Source: Pseudovirgaria hyperparasitica
Taxonomy: Eukaryota
DNA: 64,000 bases
Direction: 5' to 3' (one strand)
Assembly (NCBI GenBank): GCA_010093815.1
Contig: ML996567.1
Part shown: positions 35,738 to 49,295 of the stretch, one piece after another
Layout of the letters: every line of letters begins with the position of its first letter
Position numbering within the stretch: the stretch's first letter is position 1
Position numbers and translations under genes: made by a program
The notes under the pieces: generated by a model
What the model saw: only the letters and a program-made list of their open reading frames with translations
What the model was told of the DNA's origin: nothing
Databases searched by the model: none

Positions 35738-36868
35738 TCAATTCCCTGCCAGACTGGCGTAATTAGCCTCATCATCCTGTCCTGGCGGCGCTGCCATGAC
35801 AGCCAAGTTATCCAAATCCTCCTCAGCGGATACAATCGCTCTACCAGTCGCATCAACAGTGCCAGGTGCAGACATATGCTGGATAGCCTTTGCAGTCTGT
35901 CGCCCTGCCCTGGCATTCTTAAGTCGCTCCTCATGGTCCGTATTGTCTAGAGGCTTTGGTTTGCCCCATTGTACCCTCAACGGACACCCTCTGACAACAG
36001 CTCTTCCTTGACATGCATCCGCTGCTGACTCGGCAGATTTACGTGTGGCGTAATTTATGAATGCGCAATGTGCCCTGTGTGAGCAGACAAGGGACCTGAG
36101 TGTGCCATATTGAGTGAAGAAAGTCCGAAGTTCATGCTCTGGAAGGTCTTCATCCACACCTGTAACAAACAGAGTGACTATGTTAGGATCCGCTGGCGGG
36201 AGGATGTCATGCGGTTGTGGGGGTAGTTGTGCTGCACTGGGAAATTTTCCACCACCACCAATACCAACACCCCGACCTGACTGGCCTCCACGCATTCCTC
36301 CTCTTGCCCCTCTAGTGTCTCGTGTACGGATCGGGCCAGGGCCAGAAGGTGCTGGAAGAGCTTTCTTGCCGTCTTTCTCGTCCTCGATCGCACGCTGTCT
36401 TCGGTAGGGCTCACTACGTGCCAAACGCGTGAGCAGTTCTTTTGCCTTGTCGTCGGACTTTTCATATGCCTCCAGGATTGCTCCTCTACCCTCCTCAATC
36501 TCTTTCTCATGATTCTGCGCATAATATTCTCTGTTGACTGCACTGTTTGGACCAGGCGCGATCATCTTCAGCGCCTGGTCACGAATCACGATCGGAAGAC
36601 CAAATTGCAGATCAAGCATACAGCATTGACAGCAGTTTTTTAGCCGGGCGCAGGTAAGACACATGTTCGTGCGCTTCTGTCGTGATGTCCTGTCTGCCTT
36701 CCATGTGAATAGAGTGAAAGGCCGCGTGCATATTTTGCATTCCATGGCATGGTCGCTCTTCAGCATCTGGACATATGGATTATCCGGGAGACATCTTTCG
36801 CAGACGGACGGAAAGTCGGTAGTCTCCCATCCGGAGCGATTCAAGTCTTGCTTGATCTGAGGAGCCAT
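35738..36868 (-). CDS. SLT11: Pre-mRNA splicing factor Slt11/Ecm2 (RBM22 family)
   Basis: WETTDFPSVCERCL, CKICTRPF and CARLKNCCQCCMLDL zinc fingers plus an RRM (CAFINY). Confidence 0.95.
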   Translation of the reverse strand: MAPQIKQDLNRSGWETTDFPSVCERCLPDNPYVQMLKSDHAMECKICTRPFTLFTWKADRTSRQKRTNMCLTCARLKNCCQCCMLDLQFGLPIVIRDQALKMIAPGPNSAVNREYYAQNHEKEIEEGRGAILEAYEKSDDKAKELLTRLARSEPYRRQRAIEDEKDGKKALPAPSGPGPIRTRDTRGARGGMRGGQSGRGVGIGGGGKFPSAAQLPPQPHDILPPADPNIVTLFVTGVDEDLPEHELRTFFTQYGTLRSLVCSHRAHCAFINYATRKSAESAADACQGRAVVRGCPLRVQWGKPKPLDNTDHEERLKNARAGRQTAKAIQHMSAPGTVDATGRAIVSAEEDLDNLAVMAAPPGQDDEANYASLAGN

Positions 36869-37305
36869 ATAGTAAGCGTTCAAAAATAGTGGAGTGAGTG
36901 TGTGTGTGTGTTGCTAAGGCGAGCGCAGAGTGGGCTGATAGTCGCCGCTTGGGAACGGACGATGATGAAGAGGCTCTACGACGTTTCGCTTTCGTAAACC
37001 GACGCACTGGCCACCTGGAGTTTGTTATCACGGGAAAAGGTGAGTGGCTGGCCGCTCCTGCCTGAACTGTCCCCAAGCCTAGCGCCTCCCCTGTCCGCGG
37101 CTGGATCGATTCCGCAAAGGGACCAAGCCGAAGCCCGATACTTTTTTCTCCTATATCAATTACTTGGTCGACGGAAGTGGCCTGTTTTCTCGTACGATTC
37201 TGCTCCTCCGCTATACACGTCCTTCAACACCTCATACAATAAATACTCTCTCCGCAACATAGTCCTTGATACCCACAATCGAAGTAATAATTCGAATCAT
37301 CCGCA

Positions 37306-38560
37306 ATGGCACCCCACGCGCTAGAAAAGGAGGACTTTGAGCGCGATGCTGCTTTCCAGAAGGCCCTGCACGGCGTGTCTTCACAGAATGAGGGCGGCTT
37401 CAGGTCTATGTTTAGCAAAGACCGCAAGGCTCACCAAGCCGCCGTAGATGAGTACTTCAAGCACTGGGACAACAAGTCTGCGGAGATCGAGACGGAGGAG
37501 ACCCGCAAAGAACGCAGAGCAGAATACGCCACTCTCACTAGACAGTAAGAACGACTTATGATATCCACTGGTCATTGAGACTGACGCGATTGACTAGCTA
37601 CTACAACCTCGCTACCGATCTCTACGAGTATGGCTGGGGGCAGTCTTTCCACTTCTGTCGCTTCGCGTACGGCGAGAGCTTCCATAAGGCTATTGCCCGC
37701 CACGAGCACTACCTCGCACACTCTATGGGCATGAAGGAGAACATGAGAGTATTGGACGTCGGATGTGGTGTTGGTGGACCAGCACGAGAGATCGTGAAAT
37801 TCACTGGTGCAAACGTCATTGGTTTGAACAACAATGACTACCAGATCCAAAGAGCCACCCGCTATGCTCAAAAGGAGGGCCTCGCGGACAAGCTCTCATT
37901 CACTAAAGGTGACTTCATGGTATGTACAAACTCTCACAGTGGTTTGGGACGCTATCTAACACAAGCCAGCAAATGAAATTCCCTAGCGAGTCTTTCGACC
38001 AAGTATACGCCATTGAAGCTACCGTCCACGCACCATCGCTAGAGGGTATCTACAGCGAGATCTACCGTGTCTTGAAGCCCGGTGGTGTCTTCGGCGTCTA
38101 CGAGTGGCTCATGCTTGACGCATACGACAATGACAACCCTCACCACCGCGAAATTCGTCTTGGTATTGAGGAGGGCGACGGTATCTCGAACATGGAAAAG
38201 GTTCAGGTAGCACTCGACGCCATGAAGGCTGCGGGCTTTGAGCTTGAGGTCAACGAAGATTTGGCTCAACGGCCAGACCCATACCCATGGTACTGGCCTC
38301 TTGCTGGTGACTTCTCCGCCATGTCCAGCCCCATGGATTTCTTCACCATTGCTAGAATGACTAAGATCGGCCGTGGTACGGTTCACCGCTTTGTCGGTGC
38401 TCTCGAGACCATCGGACTTGCGCCCAAGGGTACGCAAAAGACTGCCGACAGCTTGGCCAAGGCCGCCGACTGCCTGGTAGCTGGTGGAAAGGAGAAACTA
38501 TTCACTCCCATGTATCACATGGTGGGTCGCAAGCCCCTGAACGCACCTATTACCGCATAA
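37306..38560 (+). CDS. ERG6: Sterol 24-C-methyltransferase; exons 37306-37544, 37598-37919, 37970-38560
   Basis: [31 protein letters not shown] and VLKPGG motifs. Confidence 0.97.
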
Positions 38561-41500
38561 TCACTTTTTATACGGAGTTTGGGGTTCTTCACGTTGCATT
38601 GGGATACATTTTCACTTGTTCGGATAGCGACACGCTCGCATATATACTTGTGTCGACATTGTTCCTTAAGTTCAAGTCGCTATATCTCATGCTGTATAGC
38701 AGCTCTATCAACAGAATAGAAGCTTCTCACGTATCTAATTCCATCCAATGTAATGAATATTTTCTTTTGTATGTCTTCTCTAGTGTCGCGATGAATAGAA
38801 ACCGGGACATTCATCTCATATCATGCTCGTTCAAAGGACACGTCTTATCTCCCACTGAATGCCGGCGCATGGCATCTCTCATTTTCAGTACAGCCTACGC
38901 GTGGTCCTGACAGGTGGGATGAACTTACCAGTGTGCGCAAGGAATAATATAGTATGACAGGCATGTTTATGTGGATCGTCACACCAGCCTTGGAGTGAGG
39001 TTTAGCAGGTCGACGTGATAGAACAAAACTTACACGAAATTGTGCAGCCAGACAAACACCCACGACGAACACGGAGCTTGCAACACATCGACCAAACTGT
39101 ATTGACTTTTATCTCGGGATCACTACTACTCAACGACGAAGCTGACTTAGCTTCAGAATGTCAGATTGCTCTGCTCTTGGTCAGACACACTTCCAACCAG
39201 TATGACACCTGGTCTCGTTCTGTGTGGCTCTCCCCCTAATTCGCCTCAAATTCGCGCTGGGTTCGCTGGATGTAAAAAAAATTCTCGACTGCACTAAATC
39301 TGTGCGAGGTTTCTGTCGAAACTACCATCACGACGGTGTTCCAAAAAGCATTACAAGCAAGCCAGGAAGAGATGTCTTACGAATCCATTCGACATTCTTG
39401 CCATTGCCCGTGAGCTTAGGGCCCGTTATGCCCGAGCCTAGGGCCTCAATATATCGTCCCCAAACATTGAACTTGGACGTGGCTCCGATGCTTCCAGCTC
39501 ATGGATTAACAAGCATAATCAGCAGCGGTTGTGAGCTTTCGGGGGGGATGTAAACTAAGTCTGGTAAGTGAATGTTGACCCATCTTATCAAGCATGACGC
39601 TGGTCTTCGGATGGAGCCTTGTTGAACCAATTAGGATAATTTTCGAACTAGAAACGCGAGAAAACCAAGCACGACACAGACAGATCTGGCGGTGTGAGAA
39701 ATAGGGCTTCCATCAAACAGAATTGTCCGGGCGTAGACTGAGTTGCAGAAGTGCATACTCGCGCGTGGAACATAACTCTAGTTTAATCCGTAGCTCTTGT
39801 GTATTTCAGCGTCGATTCCGGCTTCAAGGTATTCCCGAATTCTCTCAGAATTTCGATTCTAGCAGAGGGTAAGGAGAGGTCGGGGGGGGGTTTTTTTTCT
39901 GGTAAACCGTCGTTGTGAGAGTCTACGACGGATATAGCGGCCTCTTGGAGAGCATATGAAAGACTGCGGGATTTTTGAGAGTAATATTCTAGTACTATAA
40001 CGAGTACCTCTAGTCTGTCGGTGTATTCCGTCGTAGCACGATCGATGGCTAATGATTCAGCACAGCTATCCTGACTGTGAACATCAGTTGAATTTTACGT
40101 CAGCTTAACCTCAGGCCTTACTAGTGATATGTATGTCGTGATATATGTATCCGTGCTCCAGGTAGCCTGGAAGGAGATCGCTGCACTAGAAACGACTTCC
40201 ACGGAAGAGATTCATAGAACATACTAACTCGGCACCCGGCGGATCTGATGCGTCACCATGATATTCGCACACTAATAGTTCTAGCTCGGAAGTCAGGGAA
40301 TGTCACTCGGTGCCTGGGCAGCCAAAAATTGTCTTCTTGTAGCAGGAGATCGTCGTTTACTCTTAATTATGTGGGCCCATCGATCGGTTTGATATTAAGA
40401 TCAGAGTCTGCTGACCAGCGTCGATCACTCTTGGCAGGGCGCACTAAGGGAAAAAATCATATCATAACGTTGAAGAAGACTGATGCAAGACGAAGGGAAG
40501 ACAACTAAGGAAACAAGTGGCTCGTTAGACGTTTCTGGTATTCATACTGTACGTCATCATCACAAGCTCCATCTGCGAAACTCTAGTAAGATACTAGTTT
40601 TGTCCCGACGTAGAATATTCCAGATGATCATAAACAAGGATGTAATCAACTAGATATTATCCACCTCCCTCATTCAGCCATGTTATAACGTTCTTGCAGG
40701 TTCCTCTCTGTCCGTCGCAAGTGCAAGCGCAGCCGTGGTGTACTGTGGAGCACCCACCCCCTTTTTCTCCGCTGCCACGTCTGACTGCAAGGCGTGGTAT
40801 GTGCACGAGAGAGTCATGAGAAAGACGTGGTGCATGGTAATTTTAATGCCGGTAGTCTACTTCTCGCGAAGTACGCTCAGCTTCTGATAAGGACAGTGTT
40901 GGTGAAGTAGCCCTTTCCAGACAGTGCAGACGGCGAGCGTCGAAGGCTTGGAGCATGTGTCTGCAGCTACTCAGACGCTGACTGACCAGTGGCCACAGAG
41001 TATGATATCCTGCGGCGTGCTTACAGAGATAGCGGATTGCTCCTCACTATGTCCTGACTAGTGTTTCGCCCTTAGAACTCTTGAAATACCCATATGCATG
41101 TTGCACAGGCGAAAGATACCTATTCAGGCCGTCTATCATCCTAATGTGTTTGCAATCGCATGATCCTAGAGCCCAGTTGGTGGCAAAGTCTGCAGGTCTC
41201 GTCTACGAAAGGAGATGCAAAAGTCAGCAGCCAGCGTGGGAGATATCGCCAACGAACCACTCTCCCGTGCAGAACGGATGCAGCGTGCAGTGTGCGGCGT
41301 GCAGGATGCAGAACTACGGGTCCCTGGTTCTCTATACCTTCCCGCAACCGTGAGAAGATTACAAGCCAGGGAGACCATGCTAGCCAGTGAGCACCTGCAT
41401 CCTGCATGCTGCACGTTGGTGCCAAATTTGTAGACCCATCCGGCACATGCAGCCTCGCCGTGCAACAACACTGCCAACGTAGGACTGTGCCTCTTCAATT

Positions 41501-44500
41501 GCCGTAGACGCAGGCGATGAGGTAGGTATCGATGTCTCGCTATATATTTTCAACACGTGAGATGATCCCATACCTCCAGATAACGTAGCCGTCATGGAGC
41601 TGGATACGATCGGTAGCTGTTACGAACCCCGAGCTCCACAATTTCCTCTCAGCCGCTCTGCCCGGAACGTATACGACCACAACGCCAGTATAGATCAGCC
41701 CAAAGCCAGCTGGAGAAGGCTGGACTGTACCAGACCTCATGCGTCTGCATATTGTGGGATGAGAGAGCTTTTGGGATGTTGGAGTAGGTATTCTAGATTC
41801 CTCGGGGGTGGGCAACGATCGAAGATCTTAAAGGATCGAGATAGGTATACATTTGCGGAAACGAAAGCTGCCGGATGGCACTCCGGCAGTAACACTGTGT
41901 CATGTACGAAGTTCGTATCTACATCCAGCTGTTTACGGACACATAGTTAATGTGGCTATACTGCTTGGTCTGATATCATGGGCTCTTTTGTATAGTCAAG
42001 GCTTGTTTTACTGCTGTGTGTGTTGATAGCTGTATCTCCAGGATAACGTAAGTGGCACAAGTCCGAATCCGCGGTAGATTTGAGCCAAGGAAAAGAGGAC
42101 GGTGAAGTAGAGGCGTGTCGTGTAGATGCATGATACTACGCCCCGCAACGAGACAATCACACTGCATTAGTGTAGCCACGCTGTTGGAAATGACGATTGG
42201 AGTAATGCTGTGAAGGAGTTGCCGTATAGACACGTAGAAGACCTCTCTGAAATGAAACATATTCGGTAGAGGAATATTCTGGAGCTGACCATGAACAAAA
42301 CATAGAATTTCCAGAGCTAAATTGTCATATATGTGCACAAGATCAGGATCATATGTAGTGACTAGTATAATATATATCATAGTTCGTTTTGAGTTCTAGT
42401 CTTCTTCTGCTTCATTACTCCATGAGCAGGTAATAATATCTGATAGAATTGGCTACTAGAAGAGAAGAGCCTTTTAGCTTAGATAACCTCTACTTACCAA
42501 TTACAAGCTTACATAAGGGTAAAAAAAGAGCATGTAGATATGCTAGAAGCCGTATTATATTCACCTAAGTGTAGACGAGAGATATCTTGAGTAAGCGCTA
42601 TGCGCAGAGTTAGTGTAGAAGTATATATCTTGAAGAGCCAATGAGACTATGACTCACCCGGACGGTCTTATGATCCGAGGCCGGAAAAATGGAACAGCTT
42701 GTTGATTGATGAGGCAGTACACGATACCTCGTATGAGGTGAGATTTCGAACCAGCGCGCGAGCGCTCCCATCCACTTACAACGTCTACAGCGCTTTCTGG
42801 AACCCCCTAGCACCGCTCGCTCAGCTCCTTAATGTTGATCGATCCTCCTTTACGCCATAGGGCGGTCGATAGGGCGGTCAGTATGAAGGTCGAGCGAGAG
42901 ATCCCTGCTAGCGTGCCATAGGATTCATCCTCGTCAGCTAAAGCGTGCGAAATATCCGAGCCCCATGGCTGCAGAGACCCCAAGTTGATCAACGCCTTGT
43001 GTTGATCGCATCCACGTGTCGATCGCATCCTGCGGCCAATGAACGAGCCCTCGTGAAGACCAACGACCCAGTGAAGTGGCACATTCATGGGGTCGGGTGG
43101 GGGACGACCCATATCCCTCGTCCTACACGGCACCTTTACGGCTGACTTGCTATTATGCCATATCGCATACACTTCTCGCTGCTGGGTGACCAGAGAGGTG
43201 GGACGCTACATCCGTACAGCTCATACTAGAGCTTCATAGTCATGGCGTTGGTCTGGATTCTGGGACATCAGCTGGTAGGGCTTGCGGGAGGGTGTAAGAT
43301 AGTCGTGTTAGTTCGGCAGTACCGGTCAAGGCTGCGGGCAAAATCTCCGGAGAATCCAATATGGCGGGAATGTGAGGTCGATGGCACGGTCTGTGCCGAG
43401 CCTGTCGACTTGCTAGAAAGTAATTAAAGTCCAGCATGTTTGCGAGAGTCGATGAAAGAGCTGTGGTTGGCCCAATACGCAAATGTTGAGCCAAAGCTCT
43501 GCTCAAACTGGAACGCTTCATAGAATCCCGCTCGACTCGTGGTTAGTTCGTTCTATAGTCTACATCCATGATCAACGATCTGTACACAAGCGAACTCGCG
43601 CAGACCTGAGACGGTCCCTTGTCACTGGTTCGTGGCGCAGTTGTTCCGTTATGTCATTCATGTATGATAGGGAAGTGCTAGGCCCTTGTCCCAACGTTGC
43701 CATCCACCAAGCTGTACGATTGACTGTCACAAGTGTCCACTAGTGTTCTTACAGCCCATGGTGCGGCTCTCCTCCCATTTTCAGTGTCAGAAGAAAGACC
43801 CAAGCATACAAGCATCTGATCGAGGGACATCCGAGGGTCCACAAGCTGCGAAGGCTGAACACGCCTTGTCCCCAATCTCCAAAGCCCCCAGAGCGTATCA
43901 ACAGCCCGGTTCGCATCCCCAGACCCACTTATGTTGAATCTGGTCCCTAGATTGCTTCGTACCACACACACATTCAAACCGATCCGTCCTGCTCTTGAGT
44001 GAATTAGCATGGCGCTCGCAGGTGACACAGCTCTAATTGGATTCGGATGTAGCTCTAGTTGTGATCCTGAGCTAGATGCGATACAGTGTTTGTCCCATGC
44101 ATCAGGTGTAAAACCACCTAGCCGCCGAGTATTACATCCTACTTGTAGTCCAGGAAGTGGCCAACGTCGAGCATCAGTATCAAACAATTCTTTTGAACAA
44201 TCGTAGGCAAGGCATAAAAGACTTTATCGACGAAACATATCCGCTCTGTAGCTAAGGGATATATTGATTCACGCCGACCACCTTCCTAAAAAGATCCTCG
44301 CTATGGTGAGCACATACCAGACACTAAGTTGTGGATTTCCCCGAAAGTCCCGCAAAAGTCCATCCAATATGAAGCGGATCGTGAGGGCTCAACCCGGCTG
44401 CACTGTCCGAGGACGGCTACAACTTTTAGCCACCTCCGACGTATGTCTATTTTACATGTATTCGTGTTTTGCTGCGCTCGGTCCCTCGGTGAGCCAGTAG

Positions 44501-44675
44501 CGTGGTTGAGCGCAAGTTGCACCAGCGCCGGGGCCATCGGTTGAACAGCGCTGCTATGTTGATCTATGCGTCTACAGGGATACCCTCGCATTGAATGCAT
44601 AATACTGTTGAGGTGCATCAAGGGTCTGAACGGTATAGAGACGTCAGGTTCAGAGGGATAGTCGAAGCAAGACGT

Positions 44676-45986
44676 TCATACAGATTGGACATGGAATGCT
44701 TGTATGCCCAACAATGATAATTCCTCGCGCATCTCTTCAAGGTTTGGGCAGACCGTATCGCGTTGCGTCTCGCTGTGACTGTCTCTCCGGTGTCCATCCT
44801 TCGTGTTTGTGGTCGACGCTATTGGAACTTGCTCACTTTCACGAACTGAAAGCACTGGTGGCCTGATTATGAGCATAAGTCTTTTGAGGTTCGGAGCTCT
44901 CGTTCTTTGGCGCGATATCAGCTGCATGATCCGAACAGTCGAGCGAGGCGAATCCGTGTAAACTTCCAGAAGTTCCAATGCCGGGAACATCAACACACTC
45001 AGGAGTTCAGGATCCATTCCTGGCCATCCAATGCCGAAATGTGTAACACTCGAACGAAAAAGAAGATCTTGCAACGCAGCCAAACTGTCAGCTGTAGGAG
45101 GAAAATCCAGATTGATCTTCACAGATTGTATGGAGTGATTGTGGTGGTGCTTGACAGCATCAATATAATCTTTGGTAAAGAAGGTGTAGGGCGCATCGGA
45201 CCATAGAGCGCACTCATGGAACGAAATTGAACGCAAGTTGTTGATGTGTTCTAGAAGGTTCGAGGTGAAGGAGCGACCGATATGGCAGGAGCCTGTGGGA
45301 GGGATACGGCTGCCGTGTGTAGTCTCGAAAGAGCAGGGGCCAATCTGTATATCGTGCAAGTGATGAAGACCTGATAGAATCTTCGCCAGCTCGTGAGGCG
45401 AACTTTGAGCGAAACCTGTGAACCGCAACGAGCGGAGATTATGCAGCGAAGCAACGAATTGCATTGACTGATGGTCTCCATACCAGGCTAAAGACATCAA
45501 GTTTGCGAAATGCTGTCCTAATGTGTTTAAGACGTGGTTCTCAAATTCCAGAAAAAGCTTGCTCGGTCGGATGATTCGGGGACTTGTGAGACTCAAAGCT
45601 TTGATGTTGGGTAATCTTGTCATGATCGTGGATATAGCTTGCAATTCTCTTTCGTACGCGCCCCATTCAATGTCTGTTGATGAATGGTCGATCTCCTGTT
45701 GTGACGCGGGCGCCGATTGATCTACGTCGACAAGGCACAATGTCATGGTGGTAACATAATGTAGGTGCTCGGTGCCGACCGATTTTGCCCATCGTAACAA
45801 TGCCCCCTGAGACTTGAAAGTCAATGGCCGCTTGAAAAGGAATTGGTAGGCCTCATCATGAATTGCTCGACAGGTCTGTAGAAGTTGGAAGTCGTCTTTT
45901 GATGTTAGAAGGACGCTCTCGTAGATTTGCTCCCGCAGTTCCAGGGGAAGGCCAAAGAGTGACCTCATCTGGGACTGAGAAGGCAT
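44676..45986 (-). CDS. F-box-like / RNI-like repeat protein
   Basis: LFGLPLELREQIY and LLQTCRAIHDEA N-terminal motifs, followed by degenerate LxxLxL repeats. Confidence 0.75.
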   Translation of the reverse strand: MPSQSQMRSLFGLPLELREQIYESVLLTSKDDFQLLQTCRAIHDEAYQFLFKRPLTFKSQGALLRWAKSVGTEHLHYVTTMTLCLVDVDQSAPASQQEIDHSSTDIEWGAYERELQAISTIMTRLPNIKALSLTSPRIIRPSKLFLEFENHVLNTLGQHFANLMSLAWYGDHQSMQFVASLHNLRSLRFTGFAQSSPHELAKILSGLHHLHDIQIGPCSFETTHGSRIPPTGSCHIGRSFTSNLLEHINNLRSISFHECALWSDAPYTFFTKDYIDAVKHHHNHSIQSVKINLDFPPTADSLAALQDLLFRSSVTHFGIGWPGMDPELLSVLMFPALELLEVYTDSPRSTVRIMQLISRQRTRAPNLKRLMLIIRPPVLSVRESEQVPIASTTNTKDGHRRDSHSETQRDTVCPNLEEMREELSLLGIQAFHVQSV

Positions 45987-47849
45987 TTTGAGTTTGCCGT
46001 TGTGACTGATCATGCACACAGCGAGGAACAAAGATTCTAATTGAGGTGGATTATGGACGAATATAAGCGAGCTGCAGCTAATCAGAGGGTCTGAAGGGAA
46101 TCACCCAATAGTGGTGATTGATGGTGATAAGTACAGGGCAAGACAAACCTCGACTCAACTAACACCTGAGTAGGCGGCGGTCCATATCAGGCAAAGCTCC
46201 TCTTGATCCAGCCCTGGAGTGATCCGCCCAACGCGGCGTTACACAAGCCTCCGCGGATTCCCACCCAGTAATCCCAAACTGTGCAACGCGCTATTTCGAA
46301 CGATGCTTCTCGAAAGATGGATGCGAGACGCGATCCAGATTATGGACTAGACATGCGCAGGTGTCTTCATGGCTTCCAAGGTTCGCCTGCCATCCCTCGT
46401 AAGCAGCACACCTCTTGTAGCTGTAGTGCTTGCCGATCAACATTTCAGTGCTTGGACCAGATCTTCCCTTGGAACGTGCGGTGACTGGTGACATGTAAGA
46501 ACCTGTTGATCACATCATAGTACTTCCAATTGTACGGCTCGCCCCAGAACTGTACAGGCACAGAGCATTTACAAGTACATCTGTGTGGATTTTAGGGTAC
46601 AGGTAGTGTAACGGCCGTTATCGAGAGTAATAGTGGTCCGGAGGAAACCCCAGTTTCGATATATGTATGTAGAAGTACGGTATCAAGGCTTAGGATCAAT
46701 GAAGGATAGACTGAGCGGGCCGTTGCCCATATTTCCAGCCGCTCGGCTCTGAGTCAAGTCGCGCCTAAGTCGTAACCAATCATCACAGTTCATGAATGGC
46801 ATTATCACCGTAGATACAAGCTGTCATCATTGCGATGGAGTTGTGGTGGCTGCATCCACAGTCATAAATGTACGGTTGTTATAATCCACCGCCTGCGTGC
46901 AAAGCGTCCTCGATATCGGCATTGAGCTGCCGCTAGGATCGGAAACATCCACGACAGCGTTGGCTACGCGGTAGTAGAATACATATAATTTCCGTAAGGG
47001 GGCCTTCCTGGTCCGATTCCAATAGCGGATGTGGTATGTGCAAGCGGCCGGGTGGTCGCTAAAGAGTGCAGCTGAGTGAACCACATAGTCATTAGAAGTC
47101 GGCTCGTTGACTTCAGTCTGTGGCTATAAGATGGCGCAGGAGGAGACTGGTATCAGTTTGGGTTGTGGAGTGCATGTTGTTCGTAAACCTGCAATACTGG
47201 CCTTCCTTTGCTCAATGAGAGACCAGAAAGAACGAGATACCAACGTATTAGTAATAATTACGGACCGGTAAGAAGACGATTAGCTAACTTCCCGCTTGGG
47301 CATAGCGGAACTGGGGTATTATCCTTAGTCAGTTCTGTTCCCATACCTTTCGTTACGCAGCCAAGGTAGATGAAAATTTATATTATTTTATAGCCTGAAA
47401 CGATATACCAGCAAGTGTGTGGGCATAGGAGGCCATTTACGTCATACTTTGAAGCTAGCATCGTTTAATTAGTACTACTCAAAAGTGGTCTCCGCTGTAA
47501 AGAAATGAAAGATAATTACAATGCCGAGATAGATAGATGATAGTTCATTCATCTCAAATGACTATCACTCCTGCCGTACTGCTTAGCAGGATGTCCGTCT
47601 CAGGATGGAAGAATAACAGCCAAACGTAGCATATGCTTGCGGACCTCAGCATTCTCAAAGGAGAACGGAAGAGCGACCAACGACACATGATTTATGCTTG
47701 TATTAGTCAGACGCTATGATATATGTATCCGGAAGTCCCCAAAAAACGAGAAGGAAGCATTTGAGCTACAGGTTCAGTGGTGGTACATGGGTCTATCTTT
47801 CGCTTCCTAAAAACCAGATCTGGAATAACAGAGAAAGAACACCTGTGCC

Positions 47850-49295
47850 TCATACTTTTAATAGCCTGGCTGCGTAATCAACAATAAGCTGCTCCGTGGG
47901 AAATGCCATCTCTTCAAGTTTCTGCGCATATGGAGTAGGAACTTCGGCACCAGTGACGCGAACCGGTGGCGCATTCAAGTAATCGAAAGCGTATTCGCAT
48001 GTGAGAGCCATGATCTCAGCTCCGACACCGAAGGCAGGAAACCCGGACTCAACCGCCATCAAGGCGCCTGTCTTCTTGACAGACTTGATGATAGCCTCGA
48101 CATCCATTGGCTTAACGGAGCGCAGATTGATAACCTCTGCTTCCACACCATATTTCTTCTTGAGCTGTTCAGCGGCAACCAAGGATTGACCAACACAACG
48201 AGAGAGTGTGACGATTGTTAGATCCTTGCCCGGCCGTTCGATCTTTGCTTTGCCGAACTATAACATCAATGAGCCATGGAGTTTACACACTTAAGCGAGT
48301 ATTGGCTTACTGGAATAACGAAATCATCGCTCTGTGCCTCTTCGCTCATCGGGAACGGCAGACCGTACAGAAGTCTGTACACATAAGTTACACGTGTCTC
48401 GGTCCTGCGCGAAAGGTGTACTTACTCGTTCTCAAGGACAACCACCGGATTTGGATCCCGGATGGCGGCCTTGAGAAGGCCCTTGGCATCCTCCGCGCTG
48501 TACGGTGACACGACTTTGAGACCAGGAATGCTTCCGTACCACGCAGAATAGTCTTGCGAATGTTGTGCGGCAACACCGGCGGCGAAGCCGTTCGGTCCAC
48601 GGAACGTGATGTTGCAGGGCTGAATACCACCAGACATGTAATGGGTCTTGGCTGCGGAGTTGATGATCTGGTCGATAGCCTGCATGGCGAAGTTGAAAGT
48701 CATGAACTCGCACTGGAAAAGGTTAATTTCTCCACAACGAGGATTGAGATATAGCTACAACTTACCACAGGGTGTAATCCAGCCAGAGCAGCACCAACTG
48801 TCAGACCACAGAAACCAGACTCTGTAATTGGGCTGTCGATGACACGCTTCTCGCCAAATCTGTCCAGCAAACCCTTTGTAACCTTGTATCTGTCATCGAT
48901 ACCATTGTTAGCACCAGCACCAGTAATTTCTTGGTTGCAAATATTTACGAGGCAGCTTCAGACGGATTGCGAGGATAATGCTGCTAGAATGTGCGTTCTG
49001 CTCCCTCTGACCACGATTAATTTCAGGATGAGAGTGAGACCTACGCTCCATTATACTGTGCAACCTCTTCACCGAGAACGAAGACTTTCTCATTCCTCTC
49101 CATCTCCTCAGCCATTGCCTCATTCAGCGCATCTCGCACAGTCATCTCCTTGGTCCCGCTGGGGGTGGCATAGTGTCTTGTCCGCGCAATCGTCGGCGCT
49201 GAAGCTACCGGGCGTAGGAGTCGGGGAGCTATCGTTGGTCTCGAGAGACATCGCGAGACAGGAAGGAGGCGACTGGAAATGCGTGCGGCTGACAT
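47850..49295 (-). CDS. PDB1: Pyruvate dehydrogenase E1 beta subunit; exons 49295-49045, 48889-48766, 48712-48426, 48374-48311, 48257-47850
   Basis: [37 protein letters not shown] and AAQHSQ; mitochondrial presequence. Confidence 0.97.

Noticed and set aside
16944..38560. ERG25 and ERG6 as a sterol gene cluster
   Set aside because: About 19 kb apart with ten unrelated genes between them; probably coincidental.
39760..39830. tRNA-like GTCGATTCC motif
   Set aside because: No cloverleaf arms or acceptor stem could be built.
42858..42880. Direct repeat ATAGGGCGGTC x2
   Set aside because: Single short tandem duplication with no supporting context.
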